Positions 38,933 to 52,637 are shown, counted from the stretch's first letter. The stretch is DNA of 64,000 bases from Leptogorgia sarmentosa (GCA_964658305.1 OZ210884.1:1798001-1862000), one strand, 5' to 3'. The notes: generated by a model from the sequence alone, not told the origin. Program-made: numbers and translations.

Positions 38933-41900
38933 TAGAATAACTTACGAAACCGATCAACACATAAACGGAATACGCAAGTGAACATTCCTATGTAATTGGA
39001 ATGTACTTCAACTTAATTGAATAATTGCATGCACCAATTATACGCTCACGCACAGCGATATTCATCCTGTTATTACAGCCTTTCAAATCCATGCCAATAA
39101 AGCAAAATTTTACATATTTCGCTTTTATTAACCAAGCTAACGTTGGCGCGCGGAACTACCATAACTATTGCAATGGTTTTGATAACGTAACGTAGCCATT
39201 TCTATAGGTCGGAATTTTACCAATCATGGCGCTGTTAATAACATGTTTTATGAGAGCTATAAAAATGTTCTGTCGAAATCGATATCACATTTTTACACTT
39301 CTGCCCCGGGTATAAACAAAGGTGACATGTTATTAACAGCTGCATGAGACTCTAGCTCCTCTTTGTAACTATGTAAAAGTTACGTTTATGCACCCAGCAT
39401 ATAACGCACAATGTCATGCCAAAGTCCAATACGACTTTTGTTAAGACATCCTGTATAGAAAATTCGCAAAGTTTCATTGGTTTTTTTCCCAAAATGCTTA
39501 CCATATTTTGTAAATAAAGTTCACAATATTAAGTTCAATACTATATTTATGTATGTCATTAAATCATTGTCATAATTATGCATGGCAATCCGAGACGATA
39601 TAGAATACGAAACCGATCAACACATAAACGGAATACGCAAGTGAATTCGAACATTCCTATGTAATTGGAATGTACTTCAACTTAATTGAATAATTGCATG
39701 CACGAATTATACGCTCACGCACAACGATATTCATCCTTTTATTACTGCCTTTCAAATCCATACGAATGAAACAAAATTTCATATATTTCGCTTTTATTAA
39801 CCAAGCTAACTTTGGCGCGCGGAACTACAATAACTATTGCAATGGTTATGATAACGTAACGTTGCTATATATATAATAGGTCGGTCATTTTACCAATCAT
39901 GGCGCTGATATACACACAATAATAATATCCTGTCATCTACCAGTTATTATTATATATTGGAAAATATAATCATGTTATGTTTGCGAATATCGTATACTTT
40001 TGTTTTGGGCATGGAGAAGTGATATAATCAGATTCTGAATATGGTTATCACTTAAAATTACATGTTACAAATGTACACAGTACAGTAGCTATAACAAAAT
40101 TACCAAACATGCATCACATGACTGTATTTCCATATTTTAATAATCGATTAATAATTTGTAACCTACACTATCATTTTAGCTTAATTTTAATACTCTTTCC
40201 ATAACTGTGCTAGTAATGAATTTTCATCATAATTCAAAAGCTTGTCTTAAAGGAATAAATAGCTACATTGTTTACATTGCAGTTATAATGCACCCGCTAA
40301 ATTGTGCAAATTATTTGTGCTCTTGTTGGACATAAAAAAAATACGAGTAAAAAAGCCAAAAGTTTGTATTGAGACAAATTAGTATTGCGATAGACATCGT
40401 ACTATTTCTCCAATGTAAAGAAGTGACACCTATAGTAAGCGACAAACTGAAATAATTTGTGTCGGTTATACTTACCCGAATATCAGATGAAGGATTGCAC
40501 GTATACTTCGGATATGCTTGCGAATTAAGATTTTTCTTTCAATACATATTTGAGACAACTGACTATGAATATTAATGATGTGAAGCTCTCCATGCACTCT
40601 ACCCTACAAATGTTATATTTTTTTGAAATCGTGATTTTGGGTTTCGTCTTGATGGCCAGAGAATTGCATCTAGATCTTCTTTAGTATCTATGTCGTTCGG
40701 AATTACTCTATTGATTCAAACTCAGCGGAACATTTCACATGACTTAAACCTTTTTTGATTATGAAAGTTAAGTTTATGGGCGGAGGTGAAAGAGAAACTG
40801 AATATACTAGGCATATCATACTTTAAGTTCAAAATGAAAATACTGTAAATTGAATTATGTGTGATTGTATAGCAGGTAAACATTTGGAACATACAGGTGT
40901 TATCAGGCATATTATTATGATTGCCCGTAATTATGCAAGATCTCCCTGAACGCATGCATACCCACAAATTGTACAACATAATTCTTGGCAAGTCTTTTCT
41001 GTGAGGAACTAGCTATAAATATCTTGCATTATAGTGAACTCAGCGAAAGATAAATACGCTATCATTTGAATCTTGTTATCATGGCAAAAACAACATTCTT
41101 GTTTTTCTGTCTCGTTGGTATCTACTGCTTCGCAAATTTAAAGGCGGTGAGACCAGGAGGGTAAGAACTATAGCTATTTATTTATTGTACGCTACGTAGT
41201 GCATTACCTAACATCAATCATTTCACTTTTCACGCATTTTGAGGTTGTGTGTGTATGTGGATCTTTGTAGCCGTACATACCTCTACGCTGATTAAATTTT
41301 CATATTCTTTCCACTTTTTCTTCTTTCCACAGTTCTGTTAGGCTCTGTCATTGAATTATTCGTTATAGAGTGAAAATAATACACTTGGACGTTTAGATCG
41401 GTTTACATTATTAAATTTTAGGGTCACCAAAACTATTTTACACAGTCAATTGAGCCTATCACATGATTTTGACTTTTTGTGTATTAGAGGTGGCCTTGGA
41501 AGAGCCATTTTTGACATTAGTTTATCCCCAAAAGAAGCCATAAAGCTGTGACATTAGACACAGTCAGCATGAAAATATAAGTGCAGTTAAGTGCAAGCAA
41601 TGCGGTTTAAAAGGAAAGGTCATCACACCAACTTAGATTTCATGCAGCAGCAATGTCGCACGAGCAATAATATACGTAGTGCAGCTTCCTGTTTTTTCGC
41701 AAAAGTGTAACAGCGCCAGCAAAAGTGCATCATAATTCAATCAGCGTAGAAAAACATGGTGCCTTGAATTTGTCGATTTACTTGGAATATATAAAAGTAA
41801 TTTCGAGCATGGAGTTAGAAGAATTGATAGACATTGCACGGGTACAAGCGTAAAAATATAGTTAGACTAACAACCTAACCTGCCGTTAGGGCTGTCCTTC

Positions 41901-42192
41901 CAGCGCCGCAAAACCATTAACCGTTATCCAGATAGCTAACTTAAAGTTTTAAATTTATTAACTGGTTGTATATATGCAATGGCGGAAAATTCGTATTATC
42001 TTGCGCGGACCTGTTAAGATGTTTTCTATATATTTTTCCGCCATTATAATTACGGTATCTCTCCCGCTTTTGTAGACATGATTTTCTATTCTACTGAAAG
42101 AATGTAATGTATAATGCATTTTCCTAATTCAAACGTTTGTCTAACACGGGAATAATCACGAAGAAAAAATGAACTGTTTGCTAAAATGAATT

Positions 42193-42363
42193 GTGAGGCT
42201 GCGCGAGGTGGCGTGAGGTTGCGTGGGGCTGCGCGAGTGGGCGTGAGGTGGCGTGAGGTTACGCGAGGCTGCGCGAGTGGGCGTGAGGTGGCGTGAGGTT
42301 GCGTGAGGCTGCGCGAGTGGGCGTGAGGTGGCGTGAGGTTTCGTGAGGCTGCGCGAGGTGGCG
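42193..42363. repeat. GC-rich minisatellite, 10-bp units with 40-bp higher-order period
   Basis: GTGAGGTGGC GTGAGGTTGC GTGAGGCTGC GCGAGTGGGC repeated about 4 times. Confidence 0.9.
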
Positions 42364-45300
42364 CATGCGTATTGAGGCTCTGAACTCATTAGAATATCGT
42401 GCTCGGATTGGTGAAACAGCGTGACAAACATATGAATAGGGATACGTATCTGGTATTGACATTCTGCATACTAATTACTCGTTAACGTTTTGCATACTAG
42501 ATACTTGTTATTTTTCCAAGCAGTGTATAATTCATGGTGTCGAAATTACTACAATATAATGTATTTATCAATTGTTTTTCAAATTTTGCTATGCCAGAAT
42601 CTTTTTAGCTTACGTAAAATATCGACAACTATTCCTATATTTTCAATACGAAATCTCTCTAGCCAAGTCTTAAGTTGCTATCGTCGTTGTTAAGTGCAAG
42701 TAATTAAGCGGGCATTAAGGCTAAATTTGCATACTCGAAGTAATTAAAATTGTACATTACATCGCGCGGGCGTTAGGGTGCTTTGCAGGATCATTCGATA
42801 TCATTTCGATATGATTTAGGATATCATTTCATATCATTCGATATCATTTCGATATTCGAAATACCGGCCATCGCTTACATGGTCGCGCCACGCTCATGGA
42901 TTCCCGATTAAATGTGTGCGATAATAACATTTTGAGTGATTGAAAATAATTAAAACCACCGTGCAATGAAAAAAAATATTTGCACGGTTTCATTGCACGC
43001 TCATCAAAATGGAATTTCTATTTTATATCACGTGATCGTAAATAACCAATTAAATCGCGTTAATTTAACAAAGTGTTATATAATATCCTCTGTATTCAAC
43101 TATAAGGTTCAACTACAGGAGTAGAAACATGCGTAATTTCTCATCTTTTATTAGCAGCAGCATAATGTTAATAGATATATAAACAATATTTTTCTCAAAT
43201 AACTTATTAACGCAAGGCAATCAGAAAAGGCAAATGATTTTTGAATATTTCACTCGCATTCACAACATAATTATTAGCAAGTTTTATTTACTTCAGTTGA
43301 CATAAAATGGTTGTGAATCAATTCATAACCCACAACACGTAGAATAATAACTTGAAACACGTAGCGCATAATAGCTTTAAAATTACCACTCAATAGATAA
43401 TAGGGAAAGAAGCTGTTTGACATACTATAGATAGCAGTAAAAGTATATAGGCCAAAAAAGGTTTAATCACGAAACGTTGACTAATTTCACTCGTAACACG
43501 CTTGGGATGTCTTTCATCATTATATTTTTGTTTATATAATGTAATTTTCCGTTCAAAATCTCGAAAAATCTGTGAATTTTGCATTTTAGCCAACATGTTA
43601 TCACAAAGCGACAAGCGTACTACACGAGTGTGTCGACCAGAGTGATGGTTAGAAAACAAGGATCAACATGCACAAAAACGGGCCTTTGGTTAGCAACTCG
43701 AAAAAGATGTCGGTAAGTATAATTATTCATTGAACACATATTGAACCTCAATTGTCCATTGAGAAAGCCCCGCTGTGCCACATCAGCATGAAATTAATAA
43801 TGATATTGCGCATTGCGTCATCATTTAGCGATCGCCAGCGTTCTTTTTGTAATGTTCCCCGCGGAACATGTATTGGAACATTATTCGTGTAAACCACGCG
43901 AGACAACACGCACGACTCCAGCACCCAGATTCCACCCGAAGACAATTTTTACTCGTTGGGCACGGCCGCATGAGCTCTAATTTGATTGGTTCAAAGTCAT
44001 TACACAAAATTGCGCTGTAATAACAGAAAATTGCACTGTGATAACAGAAGCTTGCTCTGTGAAAACACAAAATTCCACTGTAATTACATTATTGCACCAT
44101 TATAATTAACAGTGTTGTTTATTTAACCAGCAAAGTATAGTAGTGTTAACAATTAGTGTTTTTAACAGTATATACCACGATTCATGAGAATAAAATTGAG
44201 GCCTAGAACTTCTTTGGGGCACGAAACGAAATTCCCTTTTGTGGGAAGGTAATGTTATACTGGTTGAAATACCTGGCCTGAAATTAACCAATTACATGCA
44301 ATTCAGCAATAAATTTATGTGTATTGTTAGGCTACATACAGTATTTAGTGTAACCACTACTTATTTCATATTATTCATTTTTCCAGAACTATTTACCACG
44401 CCGCCTACGAAATTGTGTACAAGAATGTCACAAAATATCGAACAATTTATGTCTGCAGAAGTGGTTACAAAGAGATTAATGGTGATTGTGAGCGTAAGTT
44501 AGTATGTTAATATGCCGATAGTATGTCAAGAACAAACTTGTCTCTGCCATCCTGAATAAGATAAATGAGGTGAAACTGAATTTATAATTTTTTTCTCATT
44601 TTTCTTTTGCACGTAATGATAATGTTCGTGAAAAAAACGAGCTTATAAGTATTGGAACTTTGCTACCTGCGATTCAACCTAATAGTATCCCTATAACCCA
44701 CAAGTCTTGTTGGGATTTACAGTCTCAAATCTTAACGTATTGATAGTACCTAAATTGTACAATATTATAAAAGCTCGATGGATTGTGAAGAACTTGTCTT
44801 TTATTGTATAGGAATAAACATATCGTTTAACTTAATGTAACTATAACCCTGCTTCATTATTTGGTTTCAATTGTTTGGCGTTATTCATGTTTCAAAATTT
44901 CAATGGAATCCACGAAACATGTGCTTGAAAAGCTTTTTATGTTTAATTTTGTACAGCCGATTGTGGTTTTGAATGTTAGAATGGAGGAAGTTGTGTAGCT
45001 GCTGACACATGCAGTTGTGGGTCAGGTTGGACTGGAAACCGCTGTCAAAATGGTAAGAGTTGCTTGTTAGTTATTGTTCACACAGCAAAAAATAGTTTTG
45101 TTATTTAAAAAAAAAAACTCGTTTCAAGAAAATTTTCTTGAAATAAGAAACTTTTTTCTTGTGAGAGAATAACAAGAAAATTCTCTTAATAAGAAAACTC
45201 TTTTATTATTTCCTATCAAGAAATTTTTCTTGTTATTCTCCCAAGAAAAACATTTCTTATTTCAAGAAAATTTTCTTTAAACTCATGCAATAAGAAAATG

Positions 45301-45567
45301 ATTTTCGAGAAAATTTTAATAAATTCTTAGACGCATGCATATAGTTCAGTAATATACTATTACAATATTGTTCATCTATTGTTCATCGATGTTCATCTAG
45401 AGGGCATGCGATACACCTTTGAGGTGCTTACATCACGCCAGTATCAAAACAACCAATCGTAAATCAGTGTGGGAAGCATGTGGGAATAAATTTAACCTAT
45501 ATCTATGATTTATATATAGATACTTCAATGGTCTGCATGTTAATTGTGTTTTAATACCTACCGAAAA

Positions 45568-45572
<5 letters not shown>

Positions 45573-45653
<81 letters not shown>
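45573..45653. repeat. (TA)n microsatellite
   Basis: About 40 TA units; the equivalent site in copy B has only a short TATATA. Confidence 0.95.
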
Positions 45654-45659
<6 letters not shown>

Positions 45660-47155
45660 TTCCATATCTTGTAGTGAATAGATCAATCACGTGATCATAT
45701 CGCGTCAATATATATTTTTTAAAAATGACGACGTTCGTCTAAGAGCGGCGAACCAATTTTTAAACCAAGAAAATTTCCGACACGCGTGTTCTATATCTGT
45801 TATGCTCAATCTTTAGTGAAAATAGTTTTAGAGTTCCAAAAAATTTAAATGACGGTGAAAAGTATCCGTATCGAATCATATAGAATAAACGGTTTCTGAC
45901 AACTAATCAAAACGGTTCCCATTATTTTAAATTTGGACGACAGCCAAACTTTTCAATACAGATTGTAATGATGTAGCTACAGCTATTTAGAGGTTATTCA
46001 TGGAGATATATCAGTTTTAATCGTATTATCTTGGTTAATTCGCATATATTTGCATAGCTGTTTGTAGTGATGGATGTCAAAATGGCGGAAGCTGTGTAAG
46101 TGCTGGAACTTGTCGCTGTGTGACAGGTTGGACAGGAGACAGGTGTCAAAATGGTAAATGTAATTTGTTATTAACTATTTAGTTAAAAGGTGAATTCACA
46201 CATAATACATTCTCATTTTTTCCGCTTCCACATCGGACAAAAAAGGTAGTAAAGTCTAAAAATGGAAAATTCCTGTTCATTTGAAAGACGACAAAACACC
46301 AATAATTCTGAAGTGAGCGAAGAAGAATACTTCAGTTTTCTGGCTAATAGAAATTAGGTAGCATCTATACTTAAAATAAATTATTTCCAAACTTGTTCTG
46401 TAAACTTATCAACAGTGTTTCCTTGAGCACGTCAATTTGGACTTTAGATATACGGTCATTGTCATGCGCAAAACCGTTATGTTAATAGAAGTGCGTATTT
46501 CCATACAAATGAAATCACTGAATGAAAACAACTTCTGGCTAAAGCGAAACAAGAAATCAGATAACTTACTTGAAAACAAGCAGTTAGGAGTTAAACAAAA
46601 AAGTCAAACCATACAAGACCCTTTAACAAGACCTCACAATAAAAATGCGTTAGGCGTGATTAATATTCAAGATGTATTAACTGAGCAATTTTTGCTACAA
46701 GAAATTAAATTACGTGTGAGCTCCAAGTTTCATGTCTGAAACACTGATTCGGTGAGGATTTTCGATTTCAAACGGTGCACTCGCTCTGTATTCATGAGTA
46801 AAGGAATACCGAATGGTTTTCCTATGGGGCGAGAGTTTCGAAAAGTGTAAAAAATCACGAGCCTCAAGCGAGTCCCTTTTAGCTTTCCGAAACTGAGGCA
46901 ACATCTCAAGGGCTTGGATTATGCAATTCAGCTGGGCCGCTCGGGAAAACAATTTGGAAAATGTTTTATAAAAAACTACAGTAAAACAACGAAAAAGGCC
47001 GGTAATGGGTATGTTGACATTTCAAGTTTTCGCAATGCATTGTGGGATCGCCAGGGGGCAAACAAACATTGTTGTATACTGCGAAATATATGAATATTCA
47101 TATACTCAACGTTTTGGAGCGAAATTTTCTTTAAAATCTCATTAATATTTAAAAT

Positions 47156-47398
47156 ATGTCTTGTGTTCCGACTGGCAGACGTGAAGGAAATGTCCGTGGG
47201 GACGGAAATTGTTTTTATCGAGCTATGGCACTCGCTGTAGATGGCAAAACTGACGAAGCTTACCCAGTGTTTAGAGCCGTGTGTAATGAAATGATAGCGG
47301 AGTACCCAGAAGTTTTTGAGGCTTATTTGTTCAGCACTAAATCGCTAAAAGAGCATCTAACCAAGAGTTCTCAGGGGCAGAAACAATCGATATTTTTA
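47156..47398 (+). pseudogene. OTU-like cysteine protease fragment (left arm)
   Basis: NVRGDGNCFYRAMALAV is the OTU catalytic Cys loop; no C-terminal His motif follows. Confidence 0.75.
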
Positions 47399-47499
47399 AA
47401 AGGGACAAGCGCAAGACCGATTGCAAACAATAGTAGCTTGAGTTCCTACACGAGGTTCGAATTTCATCCACATCGAGCTCGTGATCGAGTAGGTGACTA

Positions 47500-47777
47500 T
47501 AGCGCGCTGAAGTACAGTTGCTGAGTTGCACAACTAAAAATATCGATTGTTTCTGCCCCTGAGAACTCTTGGTTAGATGCTCTTTTAGCGATTTAGTGCT
47601 GAACAAATAAGCCTCAAAAACTTCTGGGTACTCCGCTATCATTTCATTACACACGGCTCTAAACACTGGGTAAGCTTCGTCAGTTTTGCCATCTACAGCG
47701 AGTGCCATAGCTCGATAAAAACAATTTCCGTCCCCACGGACATTTCCTTCACGTCTGCCAGTCGGAACACAAGACAT
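47500..47777 (-). pseudogene. OTU-like cysteine protease fragment (right arm, continuing into spacer)
   Basis: Identical first 81 codons; a shifted frame continues AETIDIFSCAT into the spacer, resembling the OTU W-x-x-x-x-E/D-I helix. Confidence 0.75.
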
Positions 47778-48104
47778 ATTTTAAATATTAATGAGATTTT
47801 AAAGAAAATTTCGCTCCAAAACGTTGAGTATATGAATATTCATATATTTCGCAGTATACAACAATGTTTGTTTGCCCCCTGGCGATCCCACAATGCATTG
47901 CGAAAACTTGAAATGTCAACATACCCATTTTTTTATGCATAAATAGGCGAAAGTCCAATGTCTAATTTTCATTTTTTATATACTTTTATTTTATTGCCGA
48001 GATTTTAAAAATCCCGTGACTCCTTAGTATTATGTTCGTGAGGAAGCTTTCAGAATTTTCTGTGAAGAATACTGCGCAGAATTGCTTGATCCTGCACGGC
48101 TATT

Positions 48105-48270
48105 CCCTTACGGAAAATACACATGTAAAACCCACATGTGAAACACATGTGGAATTGAAACAATCACATGTGATTCACATATGATTCACATGTGATTCAC
48201 ATGTGTTTCAGTTCACATATGGTTCACATGTGAATCATAATTAAACACATGTGTATATTTCTCATAAGGG
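48105..48270. mobile_element. CMC/CACTA-type MITE (CACATGTG-repeat family)
   Basis: CCCTTACG...CATAAGGG termini, TT on both flanks, internal CACATGTG repeats; same family as 59302-59503. Confidence 0.85.
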
Positions 48271-49792
48271 TTGACCGATTAAAATGCGTGTTTCACTGTA
48301 GTTATTATATAAACCTTTTTCATTAATATTACAGTGTGATGTATGACTTTCTGTGAATTACTTAAAACAAACTTGATTTTATTGTAGTATATATTTTTTG
48401 TTTCCCAGTGCCTGCATCATCCCATAACGTGGACAAATTTTCAAAAAGACCATTTGACTGTGGGGTTTGACTTAGTTTGGAATTTTTAACCTAATTATTT
48501 ATCTCCATAAATTCACCCCGTTTTCCCTGACTCACACGCTAATTACTGACGAAGGGCCATACCGTGGTGTTCTTTAATAAAGTATTGAATTAAACCGCGC
48601 CTTGTCGCCTCCGGGAACATAAAATTATAAAGAAAAATGGTATTGCCAACATGTACCGAAAAACGTCGTAGACGAAATTTGCCAGTAATTTCATACATTT
48701 TTTTTCTTTCATAATAGAGGCAGACGATAAAGAGAATTCCAATTCTGGCAACGACGCAAGTTCAAAATCGAGTCAAAATGATAGCGGTCTTAACCAAAAT
48801 TATTTTTCTTTCTTTGCTCTAGTCCCTGTTATTTTGGGCTTAGGTAATTAATTTATATAGAATTCAAAATAATTTATACTGTAAGCTTTCTTGCCATTAA
48901 TGTCATAACGCGCGTTACGTTTTCATATCTATTTGACAGAAAAATCTAGATTATAAACTCATCCCATGTCAAATATCGGATTAAGTGCAATTTTTAAACA
49001 TGAATTCTAGAAAATGATTTGAATTTGTCGACTTTCTTGAAAATTTAGGCGACTATTTGTGCATGAAGTTACAATTTATGGATGTTGTAATCCAGGATAG
49101 CTTGAAAATAACTTCAGAAATGCTCCTGATTTGAAAGATAAATGAGATATCTCCACCAAAAATCTACTTATTGTTTAGCAGTATAATTCATCAGCCAACT
49201 CTGGCTTCAAAACTGCAGCAGCTATATAAGCCAGCATTAGCATTTTTACATCCTGGCTAGGTTAACATAGTTAAATGCTAACAATGAATCGTTGTCATTA
49301 CTTTCACAGGCTATGCGGCAAGAAAATATCTCAAAAAACGTGGAGATATTGATGATCAAGCCGTTCCCAACCATAACATAAGTGTTATAACAAACAATGC
49401 ATGAACCGAGAATATTAAAAGGAAAACATGGATGTTGTTGTTGGAAAGCACAGAGCGCAATATAGCCGCTGCGTTGGACATGTAGCCGTTAAATGTTAAT
49501 TTTTACTCATCTTTTTACTTTCAATTGACTGGTTGTATCCATATTTGTCAATCATAGCTTTTCTAATACATTTATATATAGAAAGGACTCGCCTCCCACG
49601 TGCATCCTGTTAACGAGACAGATGTGAGCAATCGATATATTATATACCTAATTTCTTGTTATTTTTCAATAGTGATCTAATACACACTTAATATACCTAT
49701 GTAAGACAAATGTTGTCAGATTATGTAGCCACCAATAAAGGGTATTTAGGTCTCGCTGTTTCATTACCTATTACCATACCAGATATACCATG

Positions 49793-49876
49793 AAGGTATA
49801 TCTTCAAGCCCTTGTAGTACAGCACGTGAGCATGCATGCTCACGTGCTGTACTACAAGAGCTTGAAGATATACCTT
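49793..49876. repeat. 84-bp spacer-less palindrome
   Basis: AAGGTATATCTTCAAGC...GAGCATG|CATGCTC...GCTTGAAGATATACCTT with one mismatch. Confidence 0.9.
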
Positions 49877-52637
49877 TAGACTTTATACAGTTTACATGAG
49901 GTACTCAAGGAATGGTATATGATATGACTAGGAATAGTTTGAGGTATCGAAGATTAAATTAAGCAAGTGAAACATGGCGAGGAATAACGGACAATTTAAG
50001 TTTGCGACATTATACTGCGCGGTAATACATTATTTACTAAGACGCAATGTATTGAAATAAAGTTTTATTTTGCACTGAAAGATTACTAAGCACTTAGTGT
50101 CCTGTCACAGCTAATTTTAAAATGTATTCAAATTAGTTCTTTGAGCTTTCTCGGTTAATTGAAACGATGATCTCATAGGTCCATCACCATATTGGAAAGC
50201 AGGATCTTTCTAGAATTTATATATAAACTTTTTAAAAAATCAAAGATGTACTTCAAGATATGCTTTGAATTTCGCCAGAAAAGAGGTATTAATTTTCATG
50301 ACTTTGTTACTGTGGTCTAATGCGCTGCTTTTGAATATTTTTGATAAAAACAAACGAGTGAATGATATCTTGCTAAGCAAATTACCGACAATATCTGCAA
50401 AGCAAACCTAATCATGCATCGTTGGAGCTTGTACAGATTGAAACATACATTTTTACTTTAGCGGCAGGTTTGGGAAGTAAATTATTGGTTTAACTCCAAT
50501 GTATAAACCATCTAATAATTGTCTCACATTTCGACTCAAAATAAAATATTTCTAAGCTAGGAACGTAGGTTGTGCGCATGGCTGTCGGTTATATCTCGCC
50601 ATGGGTTAATCGACGTGCTTGAGCAAGGGCGTGTGATGGTGGCGTGGTAGTAGAAGTATGAAAGGAAAGCATTTAAAGGTAAATAGAGGTGGTAAAAATT
50701 TTTAAATTGAGATGCTGCGGAGGTGATGAGGGCGGCGGATAGCTGCAGAAATAGGGGTATATTACAGTAGAGCAGATGACAGCAATCTTATGCGCATGCT
50801 TTATATAGGATGAACCAGCGAAAATCGTAGCGAAAGTGTTTTTGTATAGAGCCTTGTGTCAGTGATGAAAATGATTACTTCACTTGTGAGATTAGCACTG
50901 TATTTCATATTATTTTCCACAAGCCATCCGTGCATATGGTAAGGGTAAGGAATTCCGATCGGCTATTAACAAAGTATACTTCAACGTCATGAAGTTACCA
51001 CAGTTCCTTTTTTCAGGTCAAGACTCGAAGTAAATTTTATTCTTTCAAGCATCAGTGGCCATTTCTATATATCGCTCATAATCGTAGACAAGATGACCTC
51101 ATTGTATACTTGTCAAATAAATAGAGAGTTGAATTGCAGAATTCGCAATAGTATAGTTATTTTTAGTATGATTCTACTAATCAAATTTTATAAAACAACT
51201 CGGGAAACCATAATTTAGACAACTAGAAAGTGAGCCTGAATCACAAGACCTTTTTGTTTTTTTATGATACAAAAATGACAATAAGGATGGCGGGTAACGA
51301 AAAGTTGTAAAATATTATAAGATAAATTGCATATAATTAATATATAAATTATGCTGTGTTGTTACCAAAACCCTTGTAATTGACTACCGGAATAGAAAAA
51401 TTCTTACAGTACGTACTGATAAAGCTTATAGCGACCAGTCAGCATGACTCTCGAGGTCAATGAGGTTTGCCTTCAGGGCGTTCGTTCATTAATAATTGCA
51501 AACGATAATCTTGTCAACGCAAGTCGTCATGTTGTGAACAGGCTTGCAGGGGCGCAATGCAATGGCGGTATATTTTTCGGAGATACATATATTTGCCGCG
51601 ACCAGCACACAGATTGTCGCAGCTCTTATATGAAACTTCTTGCTATATTTTCCACTCCATTCCCAAGCCGACCAGCATGGGCCGCGGTTACATCAAAGGC
51701 ATTTAGCTTGAACATAAGTAGTCAAAACAGTGTGGTAATTGGATAGATGTTTATTAATGTGTTTGTATATGATCGTTAAGCTGAAGCGGTTTCCACGATG
51801 GCACCCGGTACTGTCAGTACAGGTCAGATTGATCAAGGTAATCCCCTCAATCTGTGCCAGGCACGAAATCAATGTATGGATTCACTTTTTGGGTGCATAT
51901 TATATTCGAGGCCCAGTTTATTGAAATGTGATTAAACGCAGGAAGCAATCTTTCGATCAGACTCAGATAAAGTAAGTAGATCAGTACCGTAAAGTGAAGA
52001 AGTAAAGGAAATTAAACATAAGTAAACGTAAGTATTCAGTGCTATGTAACGTTTAAAGTAATCACCTAATGTAAAATTTGCAGATGAAAAAAGGCTAAAT
52101 TTTGAGGTAAGTTTAGAAGAACAAATCATGACCGAACCGTTCGAATGAGCGGCTCAAAATTAATAAAATTGCTAAGTTTGTTATTAAAATGTTAGAATAT
52201 GGGCTACATACCTTGCAACGTATTACATATTTGTATTGCGCGCATTTCAATATTAGATTTCACTAAATAATGTATAAATGTTTAAAAACATATGGCCAAA
52301 CTTCGTAGCCCAATATATGCCAAACTTCGTAGCCAAATTCCGTAACTGATATTCTAACTGAAGTAAATGCAGTGGATGACGTGTCTGTAATAGCTTTAAC
52401 TCGTTTCAATAAGTTACGTTTACCACTGACTGTAATTTTACAAAATACAAAACAATGCCCACTCTGAATAAGGTTTTTATTTTGATTCAGCGTTTCGACG
52501 GCTGACTTGCAGATATCATCAGAAAGGATATAAGAAAAGATATATAATCCAGTTTTTCTTTGCTTTCTTGAAAAGGTCATTAAAGCGCTAACTCCAACAC
52601 CTATTATTTTGCACCATGACGCCGAGATTTCGAACAG

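Larger units (their letters stand above)
33669..39907. repeat. Three dispersed direct copies of a 0.35-0.5 kb non-coding unit
   Basis: Copies at about 33669-34140, 38660-39322 and 39554-39907 share e.g. ACGAAACCGATCAACACATAAACGGAAT and GGCGCGCGGAACTAC. Confidence 0.8.
47004..47929. mobile_element. Foldback element: 395-bp inverted arms with 136-bp spacer, each arm carrying an OTU protease N-terminal fragment
   Basis: 47004-47398 is the reverse complement of 47535-47929 (no mismatch seen by eye). Termini AT|GGGTATGTTGAC...GTCAACATACCC|AT. Confidence 0.9.
41081..49404 (+). pseudogene. EGF-TM family copy C: nonsense codon in EGF1, third EGF exon absent
   Basis: Exons 41081-41160, 44387-44493, 44957-45052 (in-frame TAG at 44977-44979), 46058-46153, 48718-48843, 49310-49404. 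No counterpart of 31141-31239. All splice sites intact. Confidence 0.85.

Noticed and set aside
42156..42462. ORFs with repetitive PHATSR peptides
   Set aside because: Simple translation of the minisatellite.
45433..45708. ORF with a YIYIYI run
   Set aside because: Artefact of the (TA)n microsatellite.
46437..46952. Two ORFs next to the foldback element as a possible transposase
   Set aside because: No DDE, zinc-finger or other motif that I can recognise.
51444..51900. Minus-strand CNRGPCWSAWEWSG suggesting a thrombospondin type 1 repeat
   Set aside because: Interrupted by stops and frame changes, no clear splice sites, and Cys spacing incomplete.
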